Of a DNA stretch of 64,000 bases, positions 37,615-46,872 are shown piece by piece. The notes beneath the pieces are model-generated. The model was not told the origin of the DNA. It searched no databases and saw only the letters and a program-made list of their open reading frames with translations. Source of the stretch: Clostridiales bacterium (GTDB lineage: Bacteria; Bacillota; Sulfobacillia; RBS10-35); assembly GCA_018729555.1 (NCBI GenBank), contig JAHHQG010000026.1, positions 259,329 through 323,328 of the forward strand, given 5' to 3'. The position numbers and the translations under genes were made by a program. Numbering within the stretch: the stretch's first letter is position 1; the number at the start of each line of letters is the position of its first letter.

Positions 37615-38618
37615 AGCCCCTGGAAGGAAAGGGTTTGCCCTACGGGAAAGGGGATCCCCGGGCGGTGCTGAGGCGCATCGAAGGCCCCATGCAGGCGGTG
37701 GAAGCCATGCTGAAAGACATCCTCAGCACCGACGATCCCTTCCTGAAACCGGTCCTGGATCATCTGGCGCGAGGGGGTGGCAAGCGGCTGCGGCCGGCCC
37801 TTTTCCTCCTTTCGGTGGAAGCCTGCCAGGGCGATCCCTATGAGTTCGTCTCGGTGGCGGCGGCCCTGGAGTGCGTCCACATGGCCTCCTTGGTCCACGA
37901 CGACGTCATCGACGAGGCCGACCGAAGGAGGGGCCTCCCCACCGTTCACCGCCTATGGGGGACCAAGGCCGGAGTTCTGGCGGGGGATTACCTTTTCGCC
38001 CGGGCCTTTTCCATCCTCGCCCGGGAAGGGGGACCCCGGGTCGTGGAGCGCATGGCCCAGGTCATCAGCGATCTCGCCTCGGGGGAGCTGCAGCAGCAGA
38101 ATTCCCTCTATCGCCTGGATCAGTCGGAAGAGGAATACTTCCAAAGGATCCATCAAAAGACGGCCTCCTTCCTGGGGGAGTGCTGCCGCATCGCCGGGAT
38201 CGTCACGGGCCAGGGGGAAGAAACCCAGGATGCCCTCTACCGCTTTGGCCAGCGGGTGGGCATGGGCTTCCAGGTCATCGACGACATCCTGGACCTCGTC
38301 GGCGACAGCCAGACCCTGGGAAAGCCTGCCGCATCCGATCTGGCGGCGGGCATTCTGACCCTTCCCGTCATTTACGGGCTACAAGACGCGGAGCTGGGGC
38401 CGCGTCTCCGGGAATACCTCCAGGATCCCCCCTGGGGAAGGGCTCGGGTGGAAGAAGCTCGCCATCTCCTTCTGGCGTCCGACGCGATAGGATATACGTA
38501 TAGAAGGGCCCGTGAGTTCACCGAGGAGGGACGGGAAGCTCTGGCTTCCCTCCCGCCCGGCGAGGCCCGGGATACCCTGGAGGATCTGGCCCGCATCCTG
38601 CTCCTCCGTTCCCTTTAA
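37611..38618 (+). CDS. trans-polyprenyl diphosphate synthase (heptaprenyl/octaprenyl type)
   Basis: First DDxxD in LVHDDVIDEADRRRG and second in FQVIDDILD. ATGA overlap with the whiA stop. The ORF opens upstream at 37446. Confidence 0.9.
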   Translation: MKPLEGKGLPYGKGDPRAVLRRIEGPMQAVEAMLKDILSTDDPFLKPVLDHLARGGGKRLRPALFLLSVEACQGDPYEFVSVAAALECVHMASLVHDDVIDEADRRRGLPTVHRLWGTKAGVLAGDYLFARAFSILAREGGPRVVERMAQVISDLASGELQQQNSLYRLDQSEEEYFQRIHQKTASFLGECCRIAGIVTGQGEETQDALYRFGQRVGMGFQVIDDILDLVGDSQTLGKPAASDLAAGILTLPVIYGLQDAELGPRLREYLQDPPWGRARVEEARHLLLASDAIGYTYRRAREFTEEGREALASLPPGEARDTLEDLARILLLRSL

Positions 38619-38637
38619 ACCTGGAGAGGAGGGCTCC

Positions 38638-39315
38638 ATGCCCATGAGCCTTTCCGTGGACGGCATGCGGCGGCGCCAGCGGGTTCCGGAGGCCACCATC
38701 AAACGGTTGCCGGTGTACCTTCGCCTCCTGGAACGGCTCCAGGACGAAGAAGTCACCATCGTTTCGTCGGCGGAGCTGGCCCGCCTGAGCGGGATCACGT
38801 CGGAGCAGATCCGCAAGGATCTGGCCTACTTTGGCGCCTTCGGCACCCGGGGCGTGGGCTATGGGGTTTCGTCCCTGGCCCGCCGCCTCCGCTCCATCCT
38901 GGGTCTGGACCGGCCCATAGGGGCGGTGCTGGTGGGGGCGGGCCACCTGGGGACGGCCCTGGCACGGTACAACCGCACCCGCCGTCACTCCGTCCAGGTG
39001 GTGGCCATCTTCGATAAAGACCCCCAGAAGGTGGGGCAGCCTATCGAGGATCTGGTGGTCCAGCCCTTGGAGGAGCTGGAGGAGACCATCGCGCGGACGG
39101 GGGCGTGCCTGGCCATTTTGGCGGTGCCGGGATCGGCGGCGCAGGAGATGGCCCAGCGCCTGGTGCGGGCGGGCATCGAGGGGATCTTGAACTTTTCTCC
39201 CGTGCAGCTGAAAGTCCCGACGGGGGTGCAGGTGCACCAGATCGATCTCAGTTTGGAACTGGAGAGCCTGGCTTACTATGCGGGACAAGGGCGGCATCAT
39301 GCCGAGGAAGGATGA
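38638..39315 (+). CDS. rex: redox-sensing transcriptional repressor Rex
   Basis: Contains ATIKRLPVYLRLLERL, SSAELARLSGITSEQIRKDL and the Rossmann motif LVGAGHLGTALA. ATG follows GGAGAGGAGGG. Confidence 0.92.
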   Translation: MPMSLSVDGMRRRQRVPEATIKRLPVYLRLLERLQDEEVTIVSSAELARLSGITSEQIRKDLAYFGAFGTRGVGYGVSSLARRLRSILGLDRPIGAVLVGAGHLGTALARYNRTRRHSVQVVAIFDKDPQKVGQPIEDLVVQPLEELEETIARTGACLAILAVPGSAAQEMAQRLVRAGIEGILNFSPVQLKVPTGVQVHQIDLSLELESLAYYAGQGRHHAEEG

Positions 39316-39324
39316 GGGCTGAGG

Positions 39325-40164
39325 GTGTGGACCTCCCTTTGGGATCGCCTTCGGGAGCTGGACCTAGGGCAGGTCCTCCTGGCTCTCCTGGACATCGGCA
39401 TCATCGCCTATCTCATCTACCGTGTCCTCATCCTGGTCCGCGGCACCCGGGCCACCCAGCTCATGCGGGGTCTGGCCCTCATCGTCCTCGCCTACTGGAT
39501 CAGCGGCTATATCGGGCTGAAAGCCACCCATTGGCTCTTTGACAAAGTCTGGGTGGCTCTTTTTGTGGCCATCCCCATCGTGTTTCAGCCGGAGCTGCGC
39601 CGGGCTCTCGAGCAGGTGGGCCGCGGCTCTTTTTTTAGGCCGGTCCACACGCTGCCGGCGGAGGAAGAGCACCGCACCCTGGAGGAGCTGGTGAAGGCCA
39701 CCATGGCCCTGGCCCGCAACAAGACGGGGGCCCTCATCGTCATCGAGCGGACCACGGGCCTGGAGGATGTCATCGAGACGGGCATCCGCATCGAGGGCCT
39801 GGTGACGGCGGAGTTCCTGGTGAACCTCTTCGTCCCCAACACGCCCCTCCACGACGGTGCCGTGATCATCCGAGGGTCCCGGGTCATGGCGGCGGGATGC
39901 TTTCTTCCCCTGGCGGAGCTCCATGCGGTGCCCCCCGAACTGGGAAGCCGGCATCGGGCCGCCCTGGGCATCACGGAGCATACTGACGCCATCGCCATCG
40001 TGGTGTCGGAAGAGACGGGCCATGTGGCCCTGGCCCACGAAGGAAAGCTGATCCGCGGTCTGGACGAGGAGGATCTGCGGGATCTTCTGGAAAAACTGAT
40101 GCCCCGGAAGGAGACCCCCTTCATCCTGCCCTTCAACTGGCATAACCGAGGAGAAGGCAAATGA
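39325..40164 (+). CDS. cdaA: diadenylate cyclase CdaA
   Basis: 3 N-terminal TM helices, then a DAC domain with GALIVIER, DGAVIIRG and GSRHRAALGITEHTDAIAIVVSEETG. Confidence 0.93.
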   Translation: MWTSLWDRLRELDLGQVLLALLDIGIIAYLIYRVLILVRGTRATQLMRGLALIVLAYWISGYIGLKATHWLFDKVWVALFVAIPIVFQPELRRALEQVGRGSFFRPVHTLPAEEEHRTLEELVKATMALARNKTGALIVIERTTGLEDVIETGIRIEGLVTAEFLVNLFVPNTPLHDGAVIIRGSRVMAAGCFLPLAELHAVPPELGSRHRAALGITEHTDAIAIVVSEETGHVALAHEGKLIRGLDEEDLRDLLEKLMPRKETPFILPFNWHNRGEGK

Positions 40165-41114
40165 TGCGGCGCCTCTGGCAGTGGTTCCGCCAGGATCTGG
40201 CCATCAAAGTGTCGTCCATCCTCCTGGCGGTCCTCCTCTGGATCAACGTGGGGGGTCTCCCGTCGGCATCCCCCTCCAGCCTGGCCCCGGTCCAGGGCAC
40301 CATCGCCCAGGTGCCGGTCCAGTGGCGGAACCTTCCCCCCGATCTCCTGGTCCAGGCGGTGGAACCCAGCGCCGTGTCCATCACCTACCGGGCTGCTCCA
40401 TCGGTGGCCGATACTTTGAGCCCTAGCGATTTTGCCGCCTTGGTGGACCTTTCCCATGCCTCTGCGGGCCGCCTGGCCTTCAACGTGACGGTGTCGGTGC
40501 CGCCCCAGGTGCAGCTGGTGGGGGTTAACCCCTCCCGGGTCATCTTCACCCTGGAATCCCTGGAGAAGCGGTCCTTCCCCATCCAGGTGGTCCTGGACGG
40601 AACCCCCCAGGAGGGATACCGGCCCGGGGAGCCTTCCTTGGCGCAAGCCGCCGCCGAGGTGGAGGGCCTGGCCAGGGATGTGGCGCGGGTCCAGGGGGTG
40701 CAGGCGGTGGTCTCCTTGCAGGGGAGGGCGGGCGACCTTCGGGTGAACGTGCCCCTGCAGGCGGTGGATAAGGACGGCCGGCCGGTGCCGGGGGTGACGG
40801 TGCGGCCGGGGAGCGTCCAGGTGTCGGTGTCCCTGGAGCTCTGGCAGAGCAAAGAAGTGCCGGTGATCCCCGTCTTCGCCGGCCTTCCCGCTGAGGGGTA
40901 CGTGGTCCTGGAGGCGAAGGTGGAGCCGGCGACGGTGGAGGTGAAGGGGCCGGCGGCCCGCCTCGACGCCCTCACCCAGATCTACACCCGGCCGGTGTCG
41001 GTGGAGGGGGCCGATGCCGACGTGACGGCCCAGGTGGCGGTGGATATCCCCCAAGGGCTGGAAGGGAATCCCCAAGAAGTGACGGTTTACATCGCAATCG
41101 GGAAGGGGCCTTGA
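40161..41114 (+). CDS. cdaR: CdaA regulatory protein CdaR (YbbR-like repeats)
   Basis: N-terminal anchor (LAIKVSSILLAVLLW) followed by repeated YbbR-type beta modules. ATGA overlap with cdaA. Confidence 0.85.
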   Translation: MMRRLWQWFRQDLAIKVSSILLAVLLWINVGGLPSASPSSLAPVQGTIAQVPVQWRNLPPDLLVQAVEPSAVSITYRAAPSVADTLSPSDFAALVDLSHASAGRLAFNVTVSVPPQVQLVGVNPSRVIFTLESLEKRSFPIQVVLDGTPQEGYRPGEPSLAQAAAEVEGLARDVARVQGVQAVVSLQGRAGDLRVNVPLQAVDKDGRPVPGVTVRPGSVQVSVSLELWQSKEVPVIPVFAGLPAEGYVVLEAKVEPATVEVKGPAARLDALTQIYTRPVSVEGADADVTAQVAVDIPQGLEGNPQEVTVYIAIGKGP

Positions 41115-41119
41115 GAAGG

Positions 41120-42424
41120 ATGCCGAAGCTTTTTGGAACCGATGGCGTGCGGGGAAAACCGGGGAAGGATCTGACGGCGGAGTTGGCGTTGCGTTTAGGA
41201 GCTGCCTGCGGCTCCCTCGTGGGGGAAGGGACCGTCCTCCTCGCCCGGGATACCCGGGAAAGCGGTCCCTTTCTGGCGGCAGCCCTGGCGGCGGGGTTTA
41301 TGGCCCAGGGCGTCGACGTCTTGGATGCGGGGGTGGCGCCGACCCCGGCGGTGTCGTACCTGGTGGGCCGCCTGGGCCTCCGGGCGGGCGGGGTGGTGTC
41401 GGCCTCCCACAACCCGGCGGAGGACAACGGCATCAAGTTTCTTGATGAGAAGGGCGACAAGTTTTCCGAAGCCATGGAGGATGAGGTGGAGGCAAGGCTT
41501 TCCGCGGACCATCCCCTTCCCTTGCGGTTCGGCCGGCTGACCTTCCGGGAAGACGTCTTGGAGATTTACATTCAGCACCTGGTAGCCTCCCTTCCCGGAA
41601 AGTTTCCCCGGTGGAAGGTCGTCCTCGATTGCGCCCATGGCGCCACCTACCGGACGGCCCCCGAAGCCTTCACCCGGTCCGGCCTGGAGGTGGTGGTCAC
41701 GGGGGCTGAGCCCAACGGACGGAACATCAACGATGGGGTGGGTTCCCAGCACCCGGAGGCCCTGCGGGAAGCGGTGCTGCGCCACGGGGCTGTGGCGGGC
41801 TTCGCCTTTGACGGCGACGGCGACCGCTGCCTGGCGGTGACGGAAGAAGGGGTGATCCTGGGCGGCGATGAGATGCTGGCCATTTTTGCCCGGGATCTAC
41901 CCCCAGGTCAGACGGTGGTGGGTACCGTCATGACCAACGGGGGCCTGGAAGCCTACCTCAAGGACCGGGGCCTCCGGCTCCTTCGCACCCCCGTGGGGGA
42001 CCGCCATGTGGCGGCCGCCATGGAAGCCCACGGGGCTCCCTTTGGAGGGGAATCCTCGGGCCACGTCATCATAAGGGCCTTTGCCCGCACCGGCGACGGG
42101 ACCCTGACGGCCCTGCAGCTTTTGCAGAAGATGAAGGAGCACGGCCGGCCTCTGGGGGAGCTCATCCGCGATTTCCGCCCCTGGCCGTCGGTGCAAAAGG
42201 CCATCCCCCTCCCTGCCGGGTTCTTCTACCGCAAGGAAGATGTCCAGGATCTCCTGGAGGCGGCGGAAAAGGCCCTTTCCGGCTCCGGCCGCATCCTGGT
42301 GCGCCCCTCGGGGACGGAGCCCGTCCTTCGGGTCTTGGTGGAGGGCCGCGATGGGGACAGGGTGCAGGCGACGGCCGCCTGGCTGGTGGACGCGCTGGCG
42401 GAAAGGATGGGGAGCGGGAAGTAG
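41120..42424 (+). CDS. glmM: phosphoglucosamine mutase
   Basis: MPKLFGTDGVRG start, the active-site motif SASHNPAEDNGIKF, and GFAFDGDGDR. The ORF opens at TTG 41111, overlapping the cdaR stop. Confidence 0.95.
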   Translation: MPKLFGTDGVRGKPGKDLTAELALRLGAACGSLVGEGTVLLARDTRESGPFLAAALAAGFMAQGVDVLDAGVAPTPAVSYLVGRLGLRAGGVVSASHNPAEDNGIKFLDEKGDKFSEAMEDEVEARLSADHPLPLRFGRLTFREDVLEIYIQHLVASLPGKFPRWKVVLDCAHGATYRTAPEAFTRSGLEVVVTGAEPNGRNINDGVGSQHPEALREAVLRHGAVAGFAFDGDGDRCLAVTEEGVILGGDEMLAIFARDLPPGQTVVGTVMTNGGLEAYLKDRGLRLLRTPVGDRHVAAAMEAHGAPFGGESSGHVIIRAFARTGDGTLTALQLLQKMKEHGRPLGELIRDFRPWPSVQKAIPLPAGFFYRKEDVQDLLEAAEKALSGSGRILVRPSGTEPVLRVLVEGRDGDRVQATAAWLVDALAERMGSGK

Positions 42425-42473
42425 AGGGAAGGCGGGGGAAAGGCGAAGGGAAGGCGAAGAAGGCAAAAAAGAT

Positions 42474-42496
42474 GGGATCGGCCTCTGGCCGATCCC
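42474..42496. terminator. bidirectional rho-independent terminator candidate
   Basis: GGGATCGGCC-TCT-GGCCGATCCC is a perfect 10-bp stem, preceded by AAAAAA and followed by TTCCGTTT. It sits between convergent glmM and the ABC permease. Confidence 0.6.
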
Positions 42497-42571
42497 TTCC
42501 GTTTCCGTGGACTTCCCGTTCCTTGGACTCCCTTTGGACCTTCGTCTCGCCCTATCCCGGGAACTTTCCCA

Positions 42572-43243
42572 TCAGGCCCTTCCCACCGCCAGGCGCCGCT
42601 CGTAACTCCTCGCCAAAAGCTGCATGGAGAAGTTGGTGACGAAAAAGACGCCGGCGATGAAAATGAAGGTCTGCATAGGGTTCAGGTACTTGGCGAAGAG
42701 GATGACGCCGCTCCCCGTGATCTCCTGGATGCCCAGGGCCCAGGCGTACGAGGTGTCCTTCATGACGGTGATGAACTGGCTGACGAAGGGCGGAATCATG
42801 TTGCGAAGAGCCTGGGGGAGGACGATGTGGCGCAAAACCTGAAGGGGCGTGAGGCCCTGGGAGAGGCCTGCCTCCCACTGGCCCTTATCCACCGACAGAA
42901 GGCCCCCTCGCACCACCTCCGCCAGCACCGCGCTGGTGTAGAGGCTCATCCCGGCGATGGCCGCCCAGATGGGCGGCAGGCCGGAGACAAACCGCATAAA
43001 GAGCATCAAGAGGAGCATGGGGAGGTTGCGAAGGGCCTCGATCCAATAGAAGGTCAGCTGGCTGACGCGCCGGGCCAGGCGGCTTTCGGGATAGATCTCC
43101 TTGCTGTAGCGCAGGGCCCCCAGGACCACCCCCGCGGCAAAGGAAAGGGCGATGGTGGTGAGGGCGATCTGGAGGGTGACGGTGAAGCCCCAGAAGAGAA
43201 AGCGCAGGGAGCTAGGCTGAAAGAGCACCAGAAACCCTTGCAA
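42572..43243 (-). CDS. amino acid ABC transporter permease
   Basis: 223 aa, His/Glu/Gln/Arg-type permease pattern (EAGLSQGLTPLQVLRHIVLPQALRNMIPP). Confidence 0.9.
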   Translation of the reverse strand: MQGFLVLFQPSSLRFLFWGFTVTLQIALTTIALSFAAGVVLGALRYSKEIYPESRLARRVSQLTFYWIEALRNLPMLLLMLFMRFVSGLPPIWAAIAGMSLYTSAVLAEVVRGGLLSVDKGQWEAGLSQGLTPLQVLRHIVLPQALRNMIPPFVSQFITVMKDTSYAWALGIQEITGSGVILFAKYLNPMQTFIFIAGVFFVTNFSMQLLARSYERRLAVGRA

Positions 43244-43931
43244 CCCGTTCCACCTCCTCTTCCTGCCGTCCGTAGGCTTTAGCCAGATGCCGTTCCAGGC
43301 GCCGGGCCAGGGTGGCCAGGGGAAGGGTGATGGAGAGGTAGAGGAGGGCCACCACAGGGTAAGCCACCTGGTAGGCCAACGTGGCGCTGGCCCAGCTGTC
43401 GGCCCGGTACATCAGGTCGTAGCCGGGGATGAGGGCCAGGATCTGGGAGTTCTTGACCAGGTTGATGAGCTGGTTGGTGAGGGGCGGCAGGGCCACCCGG
43501 AAGGCCTGAGGCAGGATCACGTGCCGCATGGCCTGGGCGTAGGTGAAGCCCTGGGAGTAGGCGGCTTCGTACTGGCCCCGGGGGATGGACTGGATGCTGG
43601 CCCGGATCACCTCGGCGATGAAGGCGGCCGTGTAAATGCCCAGGGCCAGGACTCCTACCGCCAGCACCGGGAGATCGATGCCCACATAGGGAAGGCCGTA
43701 GTAGAAGAAGAAGGTCTGGACCAAAAGGGGCGTATTCTGGATGACTTCCACGTAGGCCCGGTTGAACCAGCGCAGGGGCCGCCAGGGGGCGAGGCTCAGA
43801 GAACCGATGACAATCCCCAGGGCGAGGGCCAGGAGAAGGGCCAGACCCGAGGCCTCCAGGGTCCGGCCCAACCCCCAGGCGAAGACCTTCCAGTCCCTGA
43901 GGAGCAGCTCCCAGCGCCAGGGAGCGAACAC
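43212..43931 (-). CDS. amino acid ABC transporter permease
   Basis: 239 aa. Contains EAAYSQGFTYAQAMRHVILPQAFRVALPPLTNQ. Confidence 0.9.
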   Translation of the reverse strand: MFAPWRWELLLRDWKVFAWGLGRTLEASGLALLLALALGIVIGSLSLAPWRPLRWFNRAYVEVIQNTPLLVQTFFFYYGLPYVGIDLPVLAVGVLALGIYTAAFIAEVIRASIQSIPRGQYEAAYSQGFTYAQAMRHVILPQAFRVALPPLTNQLINLVKNSQILALIPGYDLMYRADSWASATLAYQVAYPVVALLYLSITLPLATLARRLERHLAKAYGRQEEEVERVARVSGALSA

Positions 43932-44740
43932 TACTTATCGATGCCTCCCGAGAGCCCATGCTTCTGGATGAGCTGGTCCATCTCCCCCGACTGGATCAGC
44001 TCTTCCACCACCTGGGCCACCACCTGCCGCAGGTCGTCGTTCCCCTTCTTGGTGGCGATGGCGTAGGGCTCCGAGCTGTATTTCTCGGGGAGAAGGACGG
44101 TGTTGGGGTCCTGCACTTGATAGGACTTCAGGATAGAGCCGTCGGTGGCGAAGGCGTCCACCCGCCCCGCCCGCAGGGCCGCCAGGATCTCGGGGTACGT
44201 TTCAAATTCCGCCGTCTGGATGGTGATGCCCAGATCCTTGGCCTTTTGCATCAGGCGTTCGCCCGTGTCCGCCCCCTTGGCCACACCGATGGTCTTGCCG
44301 TTCATGTCCGCCAGGCTCAGGATGCCCGAATCCTTCATCACCAACAGCTGGATGCCGTCTTCATAGTAGACGGGGCTGAAGTCCACTTCCTTCTTCCGTT
44401 CTTCTGTCACCGTAAAGGTGGCCGCCACCAGATCGATCTCCCCGTTGTTGAGAAGACCGGTGCGGGTCTTGGCCGTGACGGGGACAAATTCCACTGCGTT
44501 CTCATCGCCGAGGATCTTCTTGGCGATGGCTTTGACGATGTCGATCTCCAGGCCTTCGAACTGGCCCGTGTCGGGGTTCTTGTACCCGAAGCCGATGACG
44601 TCGGCCTTGACGCCGGCGATCAGCTTGCCCCGCTTCTTGATGGTATCCAGGGCCGAACCCTGGCTGCCGCAGCCCGCCAGGGCCACCAGGGAAAGGCCCA
44701 GGAACCCGATCAAAAGCACCCGCCAGAAGGAGCGCTTCAT
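43931..44740 (-). CDS. amino acid ABC transporter substrate-binding lipoprotein (family 3)
   Basis: Lipobox LVALAGCGS, then GFEIDI-type motifs ([13 protein letters not shown]) and [15 protein letters not shown]. Confidence 0.9.
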   Translation of the reverse strand: MKRSFWRVLLIGFLGLSLVALAGCGSQGSALDTIKKRGKLIAGVKADVIGFGYKNPDTGQFEGLEIDIVKAIAKKILGDENAVEFVPVTAKTRTGLLNNGEIDLVAATFTVTEERKKEVDFSPVYYEDGIQLLVMKDSGILSLADMNGKTIGVAKGADTGERLMQKAKDLGITIQTAEFETYPEILAALRAGRVDAFATDGSILKSYQVQDPNTVLLPEKYSSEPYAIATKKGNDDLRQVVAQVVEELIQSGEMDQLIQKHGLSGGIDK

Positions 44741-45465
44741 GCCACATCGCCTCCGTGCCAGAGAATTTTGCTGAGGAAGTCCCTCGCCCGCTGGGTCTTG
44801 GGCTGAAGGAAAAACTCTTCCGGAGGTCCTTCCTCCACGATCTGCCCTTCGTCCATGAAGATGACCCGATCGGCGACCTGGCGGGCGAAGCCCATCTCGT
44901 GGGTCACGATGACGCTGGTGATGTTCCCGTCCCGGGTGACATCCCGCATCACGTCCAGGACTTCGCTGATCATCTCCGGGTCCAGGGCCGAGGTGGGTTC
45001 ATCAAAGAGCATGATCTTGGGGTTCATGGCGAGGGCGCGGGCGATGGCCACCCGCTGTTGCTGGCCCCCCGAGAGCTGGGGCGGATAGGCGTCGGCTTTC
45101 TCCTTGAGGCCCACCCGTTCCAAGAGGGCCAGGGCCGTCTCCCGCGCCTGCTCCAAGGGCACCTTTTTCACCAGCCGGGGCGCCAAGATGATGTTTTCCA
45201 GAACGGTACGGTGGGGATAGAGGTTAAAGCTCTGGAACACCATGCCGATTTCGCTCCGCACCTTGGAAAGATTCACTTTGCGGTCGGTGAGGAGCTTTCC
45301 GTCCACCCAGATCTCGCCCGACTGGATGGGTTCGAGGGCGTTGATGCACCGGATGAGGGTGGATTTCCCTGAGCCCGAAGGGCCGGCGATGACCACCCGC
45401 TCGCCCCGCTCAATCGTCAGGTTAATGTCCTTCAGGACGTGGAGGTTTCCAAAGTATTTATTCAC
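44737..45465 (-). CDS. amino acid ABC transporter ATP-binding protein (GlnQ-like); true start probably upstream at ATT 45483
   Basis: Contains [30 protein letters not shown] and [12 protein letters not shown]. The GTG start in the ORF track removes the conserved first beta-strand; see the finding on the start codon. Confidence 0.92.
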   Translation of the reverse strand: MNKYFGNLHVLKDINLTIERGERVVIAGPSGSGKSTLIRCINALEPIQSGEIWVDGKLLTDRKVNLSKVRSEIGMVFQSFNLYPHRTVLENIILAPRLVKKVPLEQARETALALLERVGLKEKADAYPPQLSGGQQQRVAIARALAMNPKIMLFDEPTSALDPEMISEVLDVMRDVTRDGNITSVIVTHEMGFARQVADRVIFMDEGQIVEEGPPEEFFLQPKTQRARDFLSKILWHGGDVA

Positions 45466-45579
45466 GTCTTTAAACTGGATAATTCACACATCACCTCCTG
45501 TTCGGGCCCGGGAATCGCCCTGGGGGGTTGAAGGGCGGGCCGACGTGGGACTGCAGCCCTATTCGTGTGCTTATTCGCC

Positions 45580-46872
45580 CTAGGAGGGATTTTTCCTCCC
45601 GGCGGAAGGTCGAAGGATCTCTGCCGCTTTTTGCCGGGCCTCCTGCACCCTTTGCGGGGAAAGGGATTGCCCGCCATAGCGTTCATCCCAATAGGCCTCC
45701 AGGAGGAACCGGCGGTCCCCTTCCCGGTCCTTCTCCGGCGCCAGGAAAAGGAGGGTCTCCCGGGCGGGGTGACCCAGGGTGAAGCCCCTTCGGGCCGCCT
45801 GGTTTTCCAGGTGCCAAAGGAGGAGGCGCAACGGCGAGGAAGGGGGCGGCGCTGGACGCCGGGCCCGGGCGGGCCGTTCCTTGCGGCGGATCTCCCGGTA
45901 TTCCGCCACCGCGGGGGGCGGCGGCTGGAACCACCGCCAGGCCCGATAGAGGAGGTAGGCGGCCGCCAGCACCCCCAGGATGACCAGGACCGTCTGGACC
46001 CACGGGGCATCCGTCGGGGACGAAAGGTCGGGGAGCTGATCCTCACCAAAGAGCTCCTGATCTTCCTTGGATGGGGCGGGAGGGTTTTTGGTGCGGGAAA
46101 CCCACGGGGATAGGTACCGGATGATGGCCGTCGCGGCCATGACGAAGGGCCAGAGGACGTATTGCAAAAGGATCATCAGGCGGGGGGCGAGGGTCTCGTT
46201 CCAAAAGGCGGCCAGGGCGTCCCCCAGGCTGGGGAAGAGGAGCAGGAGGAGGAGGGCCAAGGCCGTCAGCCCTCCGGCGCCCCCCGCGAGCCACACAAGA
46301 AGGCCTGGAAAGGGAGACGCCGCAAAGCTGCCCGCCTCTTCTTCCGCTTCCCAGAGGCGCTGAGAGAGGAGGATCCCCAGAGCGGCCGCCACAAAGAGGC
46401 CGGCCCAGATCCAGCCGGGGCCTTTGGCGGAAAGGGGGGTCAGGCGGAGGAAGGTGAGAAAGCTGATGTAGAGCCAGAATCCCAGCCCCAGGAGGATATC
46501 CTTCTGGGCCCGGCCGAAGGTGGGGAGGTGGCTTCCCCCCAGAAGGGCCGCCACTACCGGCGGACCCCAGACGAAGAGGAGGCCTTGCCAGCTGGCATGG
46601 GGCAGGTAGGGATGGCTGACGGCGCTGAAAAGGCCGGCGATGGAAGCGGCCACGAGGAAGGTCACCAGGGTTCCCAGGCGGGGTTCCAGCCGCTGCCGGA
46701 AGGAAAGGGTGGCAAGGCCCAAGAGAAAGCTCAGCATCACGGCGGGGAAGGAAAAGAGCCCCGCGGGAAGGGACCCTCCCAGGGAGGCCGCCGCCATGTG
46801 GACGGCAGGGGCCAAAAAGGTCCAGTAGAGGACGAGGCGAAACACCGTCAGGACTTTCTCACCGCTGGACAC
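45580..46872 (-). CDS. polytopic membrane protein with DUF4129-like C-terminal domain
   Basis: About 8 hydrophobic helices, then a cytoplasmic tail (LENQAARRGFTLGHPARETLLFL...EAYWDERYGG) that resembles DUF4129. It is the last gene of the MoxR/DUF58 operon, the usual position for this family. Confidence 0.65.
   Translation of the reverse strand: MSSGEKVLTVFRLVLYWTFLAPAVHMAAASLGGSLPAGLFSFPAVMLSFLLGLATLSFRQRLEPRLGTLVTFLVAASIAGLFSAVSHPYLPHASWQGLLFVWGPPVVAALLGGSHLPTFGRAQKDILLGLGFWLYISFLTFLRLTPLSAKGPGWIWAGLFVAAALGILLSQRLWEAEEEAGSFAASPFPGLLVWLAGGAGGLTALALLLLLLFPSLGDALAAFWNETLAPRLMILLQYVLWPFVMAATAIIRYLSPWVSRTKNPPAPSKEDQELFGEDQLPDLSSPTDAPWVQTVLVILGVLAAAYLLYRAWRWFQPPPPAVAEYREIRRKERPARARRPAPPPSSPLRLLLWHLENQAARRGFTLGHPARETLLFLAPEKDREGDRRFLLEAYWDERYGGQSLSPQRVQEARQKAAEILRPSAGRKNPS

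Noticed and set aside
38619-39324. Rex operator (TTGTGAA-N4-TTCACAA-like palindrome) near rex or in other intergenic regions.
   Set aside because: None was spotted by eye. The TTCACA at about 45484 has no partner half-site. The scan was not exhaustive and should be repeated computationally.
42425-42571. glmS ribozyme and glmS gene, which often follow glmM in Bacillota.
   Set aside because: The region contains only a purine-rich AAGGCG-repeat stretch and a terminator hairpin. The next genes are a convergent ABC transporter.
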